Counted from the first letter of the whole stretch, positions 11,691 to 24,319 are shown. The stretch: DNA of 63,965 nt, filler included, from Octopus bimaculoides (GCF_001194135.2; 8 parts of 8 records of this genome joined end to end with filler, not necessarily neighbours in it), one strand, 5' to 3'. Notes: generated by a model not told the origin, from the letters alone. Made by a program: numbers and translations.

Positions 11691-12108
11691 AGTGTGGGTG
11701 GGAGAGAAATAAAGAATAAAATTATAGGATTAGTTGATAGTCAAAATTATTTGTTTGAACCTCAGAGGAATGGANNNNNNNNNNNNNNNNNNNNNNNNNN
11801 NNNNNNNNNNNNNNNNNNNNNNNNNNNNNNNNNNNNNNNNNNNNNNNNNNNNNNNNNNNNNNNNNNNNNNNNNNNNNNNNNNNNNNNNNNNNNNNNNNNN
11901 NNNNNNNNNNNNNNNNNNNNNNNNNNNNNNNNNNNNNNNNNNNNNNNNNNNNNNNNNNNNNNNNNNNNNNNNNNNNNNNNNNNNNNNNNNNNNNNNNNNN
12001 NNNNNNNNNNNNNNNNNNNNNNNNNNNNNNNNNNNNNNNNNNNNNNNNNNNNNNNNNNNNNNNNNNNNNNNNNNNNNNNNNNNNNNNNNNNNNNNNNNNN
12101 NNNNNNNN

Positions 12109-12139
<31 letters not shown>

Positions 12140-12596
12140 ATAATGAAACGAATCATTTATACTGGTAAAGCTTACTGGTAAAGGGCAGTCATTTTCGGAC
12201 TGATCGTTATGTATATGGCAAATGAAAGATGGAAGATGGAATATACGAGAATTTATTATTAATCACAACAGTTGTTTCGATACATCTAGCATCAATTCCT
12301 CATGGGTAGGACACACAAGAATTGGTTCAGGAGCATCCAGAGGTGCAGATGTATCTGGTATGGTGATAAATAGATACAACTCGTTAAAATAACTGTTCAG
12401 CAATGTAGAAGTTTTGTAGAAGGAAAAGCAGCCAGACGGAGGAAATATCTTCATTTATATAGAAGACCAAAAATAAAATCACAGATGGCAATTAGAGAAA
12501 CAAACACGCAATCCAGTGAGAAAAGTATTATAAATAACCATTAACAAATATGGATGTATAAGCGCCCTCGTATTCCAGCTTCCGTCTTTCGTTTGC

Positions 12597-12683
<87 letters not shown>

Positions 12684-13549
12684 ACACACGTACACACATG
12701 CACATACATATATGTAGACAATTACCGGTATGCCAAATACAATGCAAGAAAATTTCCTGATTTATTAAAATTATTTCCAATTGTAGAAGATTTATCATAG
12801 TTATCAAAATGGCAATTATGATCAACTTCACTTGAGAAGGGGAAATAAAATCAAGATTGAAATATTTCTCCAAAACTGACATGCCGTTAAGACTGATTGT
12901 CTGGAATTAAGTGGACAGTCGTAGACACGTGTTTCTAGCTCAATAGGCCCCTTCAGCATAACAAGTGTCCGACCTTATTTTCACCAAAGAAAAAAAACTT
13001 ACACAAATATAAAACGAAGTAGAGAGAACAGTTATGGCCTACGTAATTTGCATATATGTANNNNNNNNNNNNNNNNNNNNNNNNNNNNNNNNNNNNNNNN
13101 NNNNNNNNNNNNNNNNNNNNNNNNNNNNNNNNNNNNNNNNNNNNNNNNNNNTATATATATATATATATATGCAGATTAGCTGCACGTGTACACTCATGCA
13201 GTCAAATATTTTTTCTGAGTTTCTCGATATTTCTCCGGAGACCAGTCGTCCGCATTTCATTTTTTTACTCTCATTACGATCGATCTCAATTACTCCCGTC
13301 TCCTGACAAATAGCAATTGCGACACAGAATAGTAAAACATCCAATGTCGAAAAGATTTCGATCTTTCCTAGTTGTTCCTGTGTTACTTGATCCATTGCGG
13401 TCTATTATTCAAGGATACTACACCCACGACGTCTCGTCTTACTAAGAATTCTATCTGCTGTGTTCTGTGCTATTAAGAGAACGAGAACAACATGGTCCAT
13501 AGAGTTATTAATAAGAATTGAACCTACAACTGTAGCCACAAGCAGAATA

Positions 13550-13880
13550 AGGCTATCAACAGAATATATATTATTTGCATAATGTGGAGGATATACCATT
13601 AGCATTGCCCAAGCAAACTTAGCATCAAATTCAGAATTGATACAAAGCTGGTGCTACGTGCCTTACTCCTCATACACAGTTCAGGTCCACAACGCATAGA
13701 TACACTGCAACAGAATTTCTTTTCCTCAACAGGTCCTGCTCTATTTAACATTAGCCCAAAGCAGATAACAAAACATAATAAAAAGATCCCATCACCTTCA
13801 AACGATATCTGCACAAATTTCTTCAATGGCCACCAGATACATCACTGGAGACATCACAGTCAACAACTACATACTTGAAT
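13550..13880 (+). pseudogene. Degenerate 3' end of a non-LTR retrotransposon ORF2
   Basis: Frameshifted translation YIICIMWRIYH..., TLQQNFFSSTGPALFNI..., KDPITFKRYLHKFLQW.PD..., ITVNNYILE resembles common LINE C-termini (YI..MWKI; F...GP.LFN.LP; FK..LD.FL..IPD.P). Confidence 0.6.
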
Positions 13881-14509
13881 GCGCCATGATGCTACAAAAT
13901 TTTAATTAAAAATAACTTAACAGATCCTTTCAGGTGGTGCTTTTAAGTTAGACATGGCCAGAGGACAAACTTTGGCCGAAACATATCTAAAGTTTTCTAA
14001 GTATTTATTTATAAATGGTTGATTATTCGCTCTGTCTTTACTATGGTTATATGGGCTTTCTGGCTACAAGCGATCGTTCATAGCTTGTCTTTCTATGTTA
14101 CATGTTCTAAAGTATATTGTTATTGTAAGATATATATACATATGTAAATCATACATGAGGTGAGATGGATGTAAGATCGTATCTAAATGTGATGCAGGAG
14201 AGAAAGAAGACCCAGATAGAGAGACTCGAGATTATGCCTAGATTAGTATCAGTGTGAATGTTGTATAATTTTAATGTGTGTGTGTGTGTGTGGCTGGTGT
14301 TTCCGTGCACCCTCTTTCGGTGAGTTTCTAATTAAGCTTACACTTCGAAAGTTCATTAAATTCTAGTTAGCGTCGTCTCTTCTGTGAACAGCAAGCAGAT
14401 ACAATGTTAAAATAAATACACAGTGTAACTGCAAAGGCTCACACGGGCACATATATTTCCCACAGAAACGCAGTCTGCTTTCTAACATGCAAATACATAC
14501 TTGTATACA

Positions 14510-14575
<66 letters not shown>

Positions 14576-14738
14576 TGTATATAATGCATACATATACATC
14601 GCAATGTCAAAACGAAATATTAAAATATATATGCATATATATATGTATATGTATATGCGACACATGGGCTCAACTCCCCTCCCCTCTTCATCTAACCCCC
14701 TCCTCCTGTCTCTCTCCCCCACCCTCCCTCTTACCACC

Positions 14739-14838
14739 NNNNNNNNNNNNNNNNNNNNNNNNNNNNNNNNNNNNNNNNNNNNTTAATTAATTAANNNNNN
14801 NNNNNNNNNNNNNNNNNNNNNNNNNNNNNNNNNNNNNN
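14739..14838. other. Artificial scaffold-join spacer N44-TTAATTAATTAA-N44
   Basis: Exactly 100 nt with a palindromic six-frame-stop core at 14783-14794; identical spacers occur at six other sites. Confidence 0.92.
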
Positions 14839-15185
14839 GCACCTTGGGCAAGTGTCTTCTACTATAGCCTCGGGCTGACCAAAGCCTTGTGAGTAGATTT
14901 GGTAGACGGAAACTGAAAGAAGCCCGTCGTATATATGTATATATATATGTGTATGTGTGTGTATATGTTTGTGTGTCTGTGTTTGTCCCCCCAGCATCGC
15001 TTGACAACCGATGGTGGTATGTTTACATCCCCGTAACTTAGCGGTTCGGCAAAAGAGGCCGATAAAATAAGTACTAGGCATCCAAAGAATAAGTCCTGGG
15101 GTCGATTTTCTCGACTTAAGGTGGTGCTCCAGCATGGCCACAGTCAAATGACTGAAACAAGTAAAAGAGTAAAAAGAGTATAAGC
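14839..15185 (+). mobile_element. OR-like CORE SINE whose head is cut by the spacer
   Basis: GCACCTTGGGCAAGTGTCTTCT through GACTGAAACAAGTAAAAGAGTAAAAGAGT. Confidence 0.88.
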
Positions 15186-15344
15186 AAAAAAAATGTGAGA
15201 TGGTGATAGCTGGAATGTCACTGATCATAGGTCTGGTCAACTGGGGATGACCCAGGGCTAAAGAAAAGAACACACATGCATGCAAAAAAAAAAATATGCA
15301 GACACACAAAGAACTAGATGTGAAGATTACAATGCATAATGTAC

Positions 15345-15416
15345 CTGCAGCAAATGCATCTTAAGCCTTTCAAGTTCCCTGGTTTGCTTGTCGTTTCTGT
15401 CTTTGAACTTCTGCAT
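15345..15416 (-). CDS. TRIP11: TRIP11/GMAP-210 internal exon (72 nt, phase 0/0): MQKFKDRNDKQTRELERLKMHLLQ
   Basis: Acceptor ccttgttctgttgcAG and donor GTacat; in frame with the giant exon. Peptide parallels vertebrate TRIP11 [24 protein letters not shown] (recalled). Confidence 0.88.
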
Positions 15417-16531
15417 CTGCAACAGAACAAGGTGGAACAAGGGTCATAACTATCTATAGCTATGCGTGTGTGTATGTGTGTGAGAGTATGTATGTGTGCG
15501 TGTGGATGTATGTGTATGTGAGCTTGTGTGTGTAAGCATATGAATGCATATGTGCATGCTTGTGTATGTATGTGTATGCATGTGCATGATAGATGCATGC
15601 ATGGCTGAGCAATTAAAAAAGTTTACTTCAGAATCGTGCAGCTAGGAGTTTGGTTCCACAGCATGGACACCATTGGCTGGTGTCTTCTGCTATAACTCAG
15701 CATTGACTTATTGTTGTGAATGAAATTTCGGAGACAAGATAATGCAAGTATGTACGTGTGATGGCGTGGGTTTGAGTATCTCCATCTTGGTCTTGAATTG
15801 ATGAGTCACCATTATACATCATCATCGTTATCCTTTAATGTCTGTGTCTCATGCTAGCATGGGTGGGACGGTTACCACAAGACTAATTTGTTTACAAGCT
15901 TTCACAAAATCAAGTCCAGCTATTGAGCTGCTCATTGTTAAAAAAACTGCAAAGCAAATGATAACTCTATGTGGAAACAGATGAGGACTGGCAAAGGAAA
16001 GAGCATCTGGGCATAGAAAATCTACTTCAGCAAGTTCCATATGACCTGCACAAGGCTGGAAAAAGTGGACATTAAAATGATGATGATAAAAACTCTAGAA
16101 TCAGCACCAGTGACATGCAAGACAAGGCCCTTGATAGAATGGAGATGCAATATTGAGAAATAAGGCTTTGTGCTAGGTGTTGATAGAGGGGCAGGAACTG
16201 GTGTCTTGCTGTAGAGGAGATGCATGGTTACCCACCAGAGGAGAAGAAAAAGAAAAGAAGGTAGAGATGAGGTGTCAGGGCATAACCTCAAGGCATAAGA
16301 AGGCAGATAAAAAGAGAATAGGGAGAAAGAATCAAGGATGGCTGGGTAGGTAGGTTCACAAAAATAGAAGATGCTTGTAGATGAGGACAGAGGTGGGTGC
16401 AGAGAATGGTGATCATGAGTGGAGCCATGGTCAAAGGTGAATCACAGTTTGGGGGTAATGAAGGAAAACAAGAATGGGTCAAAGAGGAGAAGGTTGACAG
16501 GTGGAAATACAGAAGAGTAGGGAGCTGTTAC

Positions 16532-19500
16532 CTCTTTAGTCATCTCTTCCTTCTCTATTTGAAGATTCCTCATGGAAAGAATTACTTGGTCCCTCTCTCG
16601 TTGGAATTTAACAGCTTGCTGTCGGATCGATTCGGACTCCTGTAGCAACAAATCCAACTCACTTCTCTCTCCCAGCTGTTTCTGTAACATTGCTGTCACA
16701 GTGTTGGCCTTCTCAGTGACATTCCGCAGCTCAAATTCTTTCTGTTGAATAGTCAAGCTCAGTTTGTTATTGATTTCTTTCAAGGTTGAAATTTCCATGT
16801 TGTGCTCCTCATTGAGGCGTTGAGATGAAGCTATCTCTGTCTTCAGCTCGTTCAGCTGTGTCTGAAGCTCCCTGAACTGGAATGTTAAACTATCATACTG
16901 CTTCTTCAGGTTGTTTCGCTCGAGTTCTATTCCTCTCAGGGTGCGTTCAGTATCATTGTTGCTATGCAACTGTCCCTGGACTTTCTGCTCTTGTTCTGTT
17001 AGTGCAGCTTGAACTTTTGACAATCTTTCCTGTAGGAAGTTGATCTCTTCAATTTTGTTGTTGTATGTGATCACATCAACTGTCTCACTAACATTACTTC
17101 TTTGCATCAGTTCCTCATATTTTGCTTCTAGTTCAGAATACTTCTGTTTGTAGTTCACAAGCTCATTCTGGGTTTTGATAAGTGTTTGGTTCCGGTCTTC
17201 ATACAATGGCATTAATCGGTCGTGTTCACACTTCAATTGGTCATATTTTTCAGCTTCATTCTGGATATATGCATTCAAGCGCTGGATTTCATTGTGATAA
17301 GCCACACTTTCCTGGTGCTTCTGATTCAAATAGCTTACGATCTGATCCCGTTCAGCTTGAAGAACACTCAACTGCTTCTTTAAGTTCTCTTTATCTTGTA
17401 TGAGTGAGTTGATCTGTGGACCACTCTGTGAACTGTCTTGGAATATCGTCAGCAGAGTCTTGTTCTTTTGCTTCAAGGCATCGATTTCAACATCCTTGTC
17501 TCGAATGATGTTTGAAAGTTTCTGCAGGGCTTCCTTCTGCATTCCTCCAGCCTCACTGGCATCATTTGAAACAATAACTTTGTTCTGAGACTGTAGCAAC
17601 TGTTGGTTCTCAAGCTGTAGATGATCAATTGCATTCCTTTCTTCCGACACAATAGCCATCAGACGGTGTACTTCAGCTTTCAAAGAACTGCACTCTCTTG
17701 TCTTTTCGTCCATCACAGAAATCATTTGTTCCTTCTCCAATTTCAAATCTTTCACATCATTTGATAACTGATGAAGTTCAAGAAGACTTTTATCACCATA
17801 CACCGACACGGATTTCGACTCAATCATTTTTAACAGCATGGCATTGTTGTTTTGCAACTCTTGAATGATATTGTCCTTTTCTGAAACAATCTGTTGTAGT
17901 TTCTCCAGTTCTTCGACCTGTGCATTTCCATTTGTGACTGTTGTGCAACTCTGCTTCTGAACAGATATCTCCTCACTTACAATCTTCTTCTCAGAAAAAC
18001 ACTTCAGAGATTCTGGATCTCGGATTTCATCAGCTTTTTCAACCACTTCATCTGCATCCCCTTCACTGCCCCCTGTAGAATATTTATCTTCAAATTCTCC
18101 AGCCTTCAGTTGCTTCAGATACTCAATGACATCTTTATTTAATCCTTGTAGTTTTTCCGAGTCTATGATACTAGATATATCTTGGAGAATATTCTTGAAA
18201 TACCTGAGTTCTTGCTCATCTTTCTCAACTTTAGCTTGAAGTGATAAAATGTCACTTGTTTCACTGTTTAAGGAATTCTTATCAACCACACCTTTTATTA
18301 GTTCCTTTTCAGGAGCAACTCCTGATGATGCCTGGAGTTTACATACCAATTTTTCTAAAGATTTAATCTTATTGTTCGAAGAAAGCAACTCAAATTCTAA
18401 ATCTGTGATCAAATCTAAAGTCTTTGGATCACAGAGATTATTAGCTGAGTCTTGAGAATCGTTGGAGAGTAGAACTGACATTTCATTAGTTAGCTCCAGG
18501 TTCTTATTGTTTAGCTTTTCTACCTGACCTTCTAATTCCTGATTTCTGTTAGATATATCCTCAAATTCTTGAATTCTTTCCATGCTACTGACTAGATCTT
18601 TTCTTAGCTCCAACACTTGAGTTCTTAAAGCTTCTATTTCCTCACACTTCTCTATCATAATCTTGGAATGCTCTTCATTTTGGTTAGATATATATAGCTC
18701 CTCCTGTCTGTCTTTTAATCGAGCTTTCAGATATGCTAGGCACATTTTAACTTGTTTAGCTCTAAAGTGTTCTGCAGGTTTTCCAGAAGATTCTGCACCA
18801 TTTCTTTCCAAAACATTTACAAGATAGTCTTCCAATAGTTCTCCAGTGTAGTTGATAGACTCAAGTAACAGACTGGCATCAGGCTTCTCTGAATCTAGTA
18901 GAAGATGTCCAAGACCCTGGCTAAGACTATCAGTTCCTTGTTGAAGATTGTTAATTTCAAATCTCTCCTTAGAGTTTTTGTCTTCTGTGGCTTTTAGCTG
19001 GAACTGATTTTCTTCTCTCAGAGCTGAGCACTTAATCACAAGCTCAGTATTTTCTTTCTTGACTTCTTCGATCTCTTTAAATAATTTACTAAATCTATCT
19101 TCATTATCTGCAAGTTTCATCTCATTCATGCGATTCAATTCTGCATACTCTTTTACATTTTCCTTTAGATTCTGAATTTCTTTATCTAAGCACTTATTTC
19201 TGAACTCCATTTCAGATGTGTCCTCAGTTTCCAGTGGTTGTGAGAGTTTCTCCTGAAGCTCAGAGTTACTAAGTTCAAGCTCTTTGTTATGTGCTGCTAA
19301 TTCTTTAATTTCATTGTTCAAGCCTTCTTCTTTCTCTGCCATTTTCTGGCAAAGTTCCTTTTTATCCAGGTGTAGTTCATTTACCACATAGGCAGCTTTC
19401 TCTAGCTTGGCTTTCAGATCTTCAATTTGATTTGAAAGTCTGTCTTTCTCAGAAGACAATTCATTCAGCTGATCATGAGAGACATGATGGCTTCTAGAAT

Positions 19501-19791
19501 GTTCTTCTAGATCAGATTTCTGCTTGGAAATGGTTTCATTTGCAGTATCCAGCTGAAACTGGATCTGCTTCAGTTCGGCTTGTAATTGATCAATTTGATC
19601 AGATTTTTCTCTAACCTTTTTGGCAAGATCATGGCGATTATCAATTAACTGACTTATGGCTTCTTGGTGCTGGGAATCCAGTTCTTCAAGACTACTTTGA
19701 ACATCATCTTTCTCACTGATTAATTTTTCTATCTGTTCATCTTTCTCAGCCAAATGATGCTTGGCTTCCTTCAGTTTTTCTTTCAAAGTTT
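16532..19791 (-). CDS. TRIP11: TRIP11/GMAP-210 (thyroid receptor-interacting protein 11, cis-golgin) giant coiled-coil exon, 3260 nt
   Basis: 1128-aa open frame; acceptor ttattgaaacAG at 19793-19792 and donor GAG|GTAACA at 16531. Motifs DPKTLD, EKEQMISVMDEKTRECSSLKAEVHRL, LQKLSNIIRDKDVEIDALKQKNKTLL and KEFE...FQRERDQV match vertebrate TRIP11 ([58 protein letters not shown]; KEFE...FQQERDQV, recalled). Confidence 0.93.
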
Positions 19792-19989
19792 CTGTTTCAA
19801 TAACAAAAATTAAAAAATTAAAGTACATGATGATAGCATTAGATGGAAATCATATGACAATACAGACACATCACCAATTTACCAGAGACCAATGGTCCAG
19901 AACCATTCATAATCTGCACAAATTTACACTTAATGTACAAGTAGCTGTAAGTCATTTTATTATTTAAGTAAATTTCCCCATCTTTATCT

Positions 19990-20170
19990 TATGAGTTCAA
20001 ATTCTGCCGAGGTCGACTTTGCCTTTGATCCTTTCAGGGTCGATGAAATAAGTACCAGCTGAGTACTGGGGTTGATGACATAAGTACTAGTTGAGTACTG
20101 GGGTCAATGTAATCAACTAGCCCCACCCTCAAGGTTTCAGGCCTTGTGCCTTTAGTAGAAAGGATTATTT
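19990..20170 (+). mobile_element. Deu/Nin-domain-like SINE, partial, with an internal ~31-bp duplication
   Basis: GAGTTCAAATTCTGCCGAGGTCGACTTTGCCTTTGATCCTTTCAGGGTCGATGAAATAAGTACCAG; ATAAGTAC.AG.TGAGTACTGGGGT occurs twice. Confidence 0.75.
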
Positions 20171-20789
20171 AAGCAAATTTAATATTAGTTTAATTTGGAG
20201 CATACACCAGAAAGGCTTTGGAACAAAAGGTTAAAGAAAATTGATGTTGTACCAGTATATACTATAATGGAATAACATAGAATACATAATAGAATTATAT
20301 GAAAGTATATAATCTGATAGTATTAATCTGATAGTATTATGTAGAAATTATCTGTTATCCCACAGTGGTCAATATGTGTGGTAGACTTAATTCACTGCCC
20401 TATAAACCAGAACTCCAGTTTGAGGATACCTTGCTGTTTCCCTCCTTCTCACCAGTCTGAGGAACCCTGGAGAGGATCATGGACATTACTTTTATCTTGA
20501 TTAAGCAATGTAAGAGGGAAAAAAACCCCAGAAAAACTTCTGCTCACTAGCAACCATAATTATAGTTTGCAAGCCAAAAGTCCTGAGAGAGGGAGAGAAG
20601 AAGGAAGGACGATATATATATATATATATATATACTGGAGTAAGCACATAAATGTGCAACAAAGTGGAAAAAAGAGTACTCAAGTACCAGTGGTAGAGTA
20701 ATATGCTTTATCTAAAAGCAGCATAAATATAACAAAAATCTCCGAGTAACAGTTTTTTGTTATATTTCTGCTGCTTTTAAATAAAGTAT

Positions 20790-21023
20790 CATCATCATCA
20801 TCATCATCATCGTTTAACGTCCGCTTTCCATGCTAGCATGGGTTGGACGATTTGACTGAGGACTGGTGAAACCGGATGGCAACACCAGGCTCCAGTCTAA
20901 TTTGGCAGAGTTTCTACAGCTGGATGCCCTTCCTAACGCCAACCACTCAGAGAGTGTAGTGGGTGCTTTTACGTGTCACCCGCACAAAAACGGCCACGCT
21001 CGAAATGGTGTCTTTTATGTGCC
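20790..21023 (-). mobile_element. (GAT)n-tailed SINE with an AGGAAGGGCATCCAGC domain (Meta-SINE-like)
   Basis: (ATC)n GTTTAACGTCCGCTTTCCATGCTAGCATGGGTTGGACG...CTGGATGCCCTTCCTAACGCCAACCAC; many copies in the window. Confidence 0.8.
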
Positions 21024-21123
21024 NNNNNNNNNNNNNNNNNNNNNNNNNNNNNNNNNNNNNNNNNNNNTTAATTAATTAANNNNNNNNNNNNNNNNNNNNN
21101 NNNNNNNNNNNNNNNNNNNNNNN
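21024..21123. other. Artificial scaffold-join spacer
   Basis: N44-TTAATTAATTAA (21068-21079)-N44. Confidence 0.92.
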
Positions 21124-21190
21124 TACTATAGCCTCAGGCCGACCAAAGCCTTGTTAGTGGACTTGGTGGATGGAAACTGGAAGAAGCCCA

Positions 21191-21243
<53 letters not shown>

Positions 21244-21564
21244 GGGCTTCTTTCAGTTTCCATCTACAAAATGCACTCACAAGACTTAGGTCGGCCTTGA
21301 GGCTATAATAAAAGACATTTGACATGCAGTGGGACTGAACCTGGAGCCGTGTGGTTGGGAAGCAAACTTCTTGTCACACAGCCATGTCTAGTCGCTTAGT
21401 GTCCGGGTAGTGAGTGGGAGTGGATGGTGTCAGGTAGTGCAAAAGTGCAGAAAATATGGCAGAACGTGGCCTTCGTTCACATCCGTGACTCTGCATTTCC
21501 CACTCTCGGCAGAGACAAGAATATTTTGAAGTGAAAAGGAACTAGTTTTATCTTTCTTTCATGT

Positions 21565-21870
21565 TCACACCACCACCACCACTACCACCACCACTATTAC
21601 CATCATTATCACCATCATCACCACTGCCACCACCATTATCAGTACCATCACCTGCAGAACCACCACCACCACCACTGTTGTCACCACTATCATCATACCA
21701 CCATAACCACCACCACCATTACCACCACCACTACACTATCATCACTGTCTCCACTATCACCACCATCACCACTACTGCCACCACCACCACCACCACCACC
21801 ACTGCCATCATTGCCACTATTACCACTACCACCGCCACCATTACCATCACCACCATCACCGCTGCCATGT
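21565..21870. repeat. Degenerate (CAC/CCA/CAT)n tract
   Basis: Directly visible; source of the Pro/His/Thr-rich ORFs. Confidence 0.85.
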
Positions 21871-22626
21871 CGAATGACTCATGACTTTTGTACACACATA
21901 AACACCCACATAACAATACAACAACGCATTCATGAGACCTTCAATCTATATAAACCAATGAGAGAGAGAGAGACAGAGAGAGACAGAGAGAGAGACAGAC
22001 AGACAGGTGAACTCTATTCAGTGGTTCGCAACTGGGGTCCAAAAGACCTTTNNNNNNNNNNNNNNNNNNNNNNNNNNNNNNNNNNNNNNNNNNNNNNNNN
22101 NNNNNNNNNNNNNNNNNNNNNNNNNNNNNNNNNNNNNNNNNNNNNNNNNNNNNNNNNNNNNNNNNNNNNNNNNNNNNNNNNNNNNNNNNNNNNNNNNNNN
22201 NNNNNNNNNNNNNNNNNNNNNNNNNNNNNNNNNNNNNNNNNNNNNNNNNNNNNNNNNNNNNNNNNNNNNNNNNNNNNNNNNNNNNNNNNNNNNNNNNNNN
22301 NNNNNNNNNNNNNNNNNNNNNNNNNNNNNNNNNNNNNNNNNNNNNNNNNNNNNNNNNNNNNNNNNNNNNNNNNNNNNNNNNNNNNNNNNNNNNNNNNNNN
22401 NNNNNNNNNNNNNNNNNNNNNNNNNNNNNNNNNNNNNNNNNNNNNNNNNNNNNNNNNNNNNNNNNNNNNNNNNNNNNNNNNNNNNNNNNNNNNNNNNNNN
22501 NNNNNNNNNNNNNNNNNNNNNNNNNNNNNNNNNNNNNNNNNNNNGTACAAGTTGCGTTCTGGGGTCGATCTAATCGACTAGCCCGCCTCTCCCCAAATTT
22601 CAGGCCTTGTGCCTATAGTAGAAAGG

Positions 22627-22664
<38 letters not shown>

Positions 22665-24035
22665 TATCATTAAGGTGGATTTGGAAGATGGAAACTAAAA
22701 AGAAGCCTGTTGTAAATGTGTGTGTGCGTGAGTGTTTCCTATTGTGTGTGTATGAGTGTGTGTCTGTGTCTGTGTGTGTGCACATGCTATTCCCAGTGTA
22801 TGTGTATGTTTCCCAGTTTGATATCATGAGATAGTCATAAACAAGTGGCACCGTCGCCCAAGCATTTCCAATATTCTGCAAAAACATGTATCACAACGAG
22901 GTGGAGGGGAGAGGAGAAATACTAGCTTGCTTTGAAAACAGTTGAGGGATGGAGATAGGAAAGGCACCCAGCCATAGAAAATATGCCTCAGAAAACTACA
23001 TCTGACCCATGAAGGCATGGAAAAGTGAACACTAAAACTATGATGATGTATTTTTTAACCTAAAATTCTGGAATTTAATGAATCTAACTACGTTAATTCA
23101 ACACAGATAATGGGACAGGTTTTTGGAAAAGGAGTGTACAGAATGATTTGGTTGTTGACCATTTGTTGGCGTCAGACAAAGCAGAAAATATATCCGTATG
23201 CAAAGAGTATTGTTTCCCTATGTTTATAATGGATGAATGAAGTTTTGCAGAGAAATAGGAAGAGAGAGAGGTGGGGAGAGAAAGAGAATGAGTGAAAGGG
23301 GGAGAGAGGGAGAGATACAGAAGGAGAATGAGAGAGAATGAGTGAGAATGTGAGAGAGAGAGAGAGACAGAGAGCAGAGGAGAGACAGAGAGCAGGGAAG
23401 AGACAGAGAGGGAGAATGAGAGAGAGAATGAGTGAGAAGAAAGAGAGCAAGAATGGGAAAGAGAGAGAGGGAATGAGAGAAAAAGAGAGAGCAGCTATAA
23501 TCAGGATTGGATTGGATGGCATTTTATTATAAAAAGCCGGATCTAAATTATGATTATGATGATGATGATGGTGATTTACATATTGTGAATAAGTTCTTAA
23601 TTCTTCCACTTGAATTTCCTTCCTTCTTTTCTCTCACATAAAGAAAAAAAAAAACTGGTTTTTCTCACTGACTCTTGAGCCAGAATAAAGAAGTTTTCAA
23701 TAAGTCACTCGACTTGCTAGAAATAGCAGCCACATTTCCTACAAATCACTTCCCGCCATTTCTAATTTTAAAAAATGGAGTTGGCGGTGGTGGTGAGGTG
23801 GGGGGCAGGGTAGAGTTTCACTCGTTTGAGATGAGGTGGTCCAAGATATCTCACAAGTCAACCCTTACTGAGGGTCTTGCTCAGTATGGGCTGACATGGC
23901 GCTATAAACAGCAACTGGTTTTCTTTGTCGAGTGAACAACAGAGCCTTGTTTAACAAAGTATTAGCAATGAGAAGTGGGCCCCATGAGCCACGGCTCATC
24001 ACCAGGTGGGTTGTACAACAAAAAAATCTTCAGCG

Positions 24036-24310
24036 AGATCGTTGCCAGTGCCGCCGAACTGGCTCCTGTGCAGGTGGCACGTAAAATACACCATTTGAGC
24101 GTGGCCGTTGCCAGTACTGCCTGACTGGCCTTCGTGCCGGTGGCACGTAAAAGCACCTACTACACTCTCAGAGTGGTTGGCGTCAGGAAGGGCATCCAGC
24201 TGTAGAAACTCTGCCAAATCAGATTGGAGCCTGGTGTAGCCATCTGGTTTCACCAGTCCTCAGTCAAATCGTCCAACCCATGCTAGCATAGAAAGCAGAC
24301 GTTAAACGAC
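24036..24310 (+). mobile_element. Meta-like (GAT)n-tailed SINE
   Basis: GGCACGTAAAAGCACCTACTACACTCTCAGAGTGGTTGGCGTCAGGAAGGGCATCCAGCTGTAGAAAC...GACGTTAAAC. Confidence 0.8.
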
Positions 24311-24319
24311 AATAAAAAG

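Noticed and set aside
13405-13826. Minus-strand ORFs of 66 and 75 aa as a host gene
   Set aside because: They largely overlap the antisense of a degenerate LINE 3' end; no recognisable family.
13940-13995. Hammerhead-like stem TGGCCA…TGGCC-GAAACATATC
   Set aside because: The CUGANGA core is unrecognisable and stems I and III are broken; at best a dead remnant.
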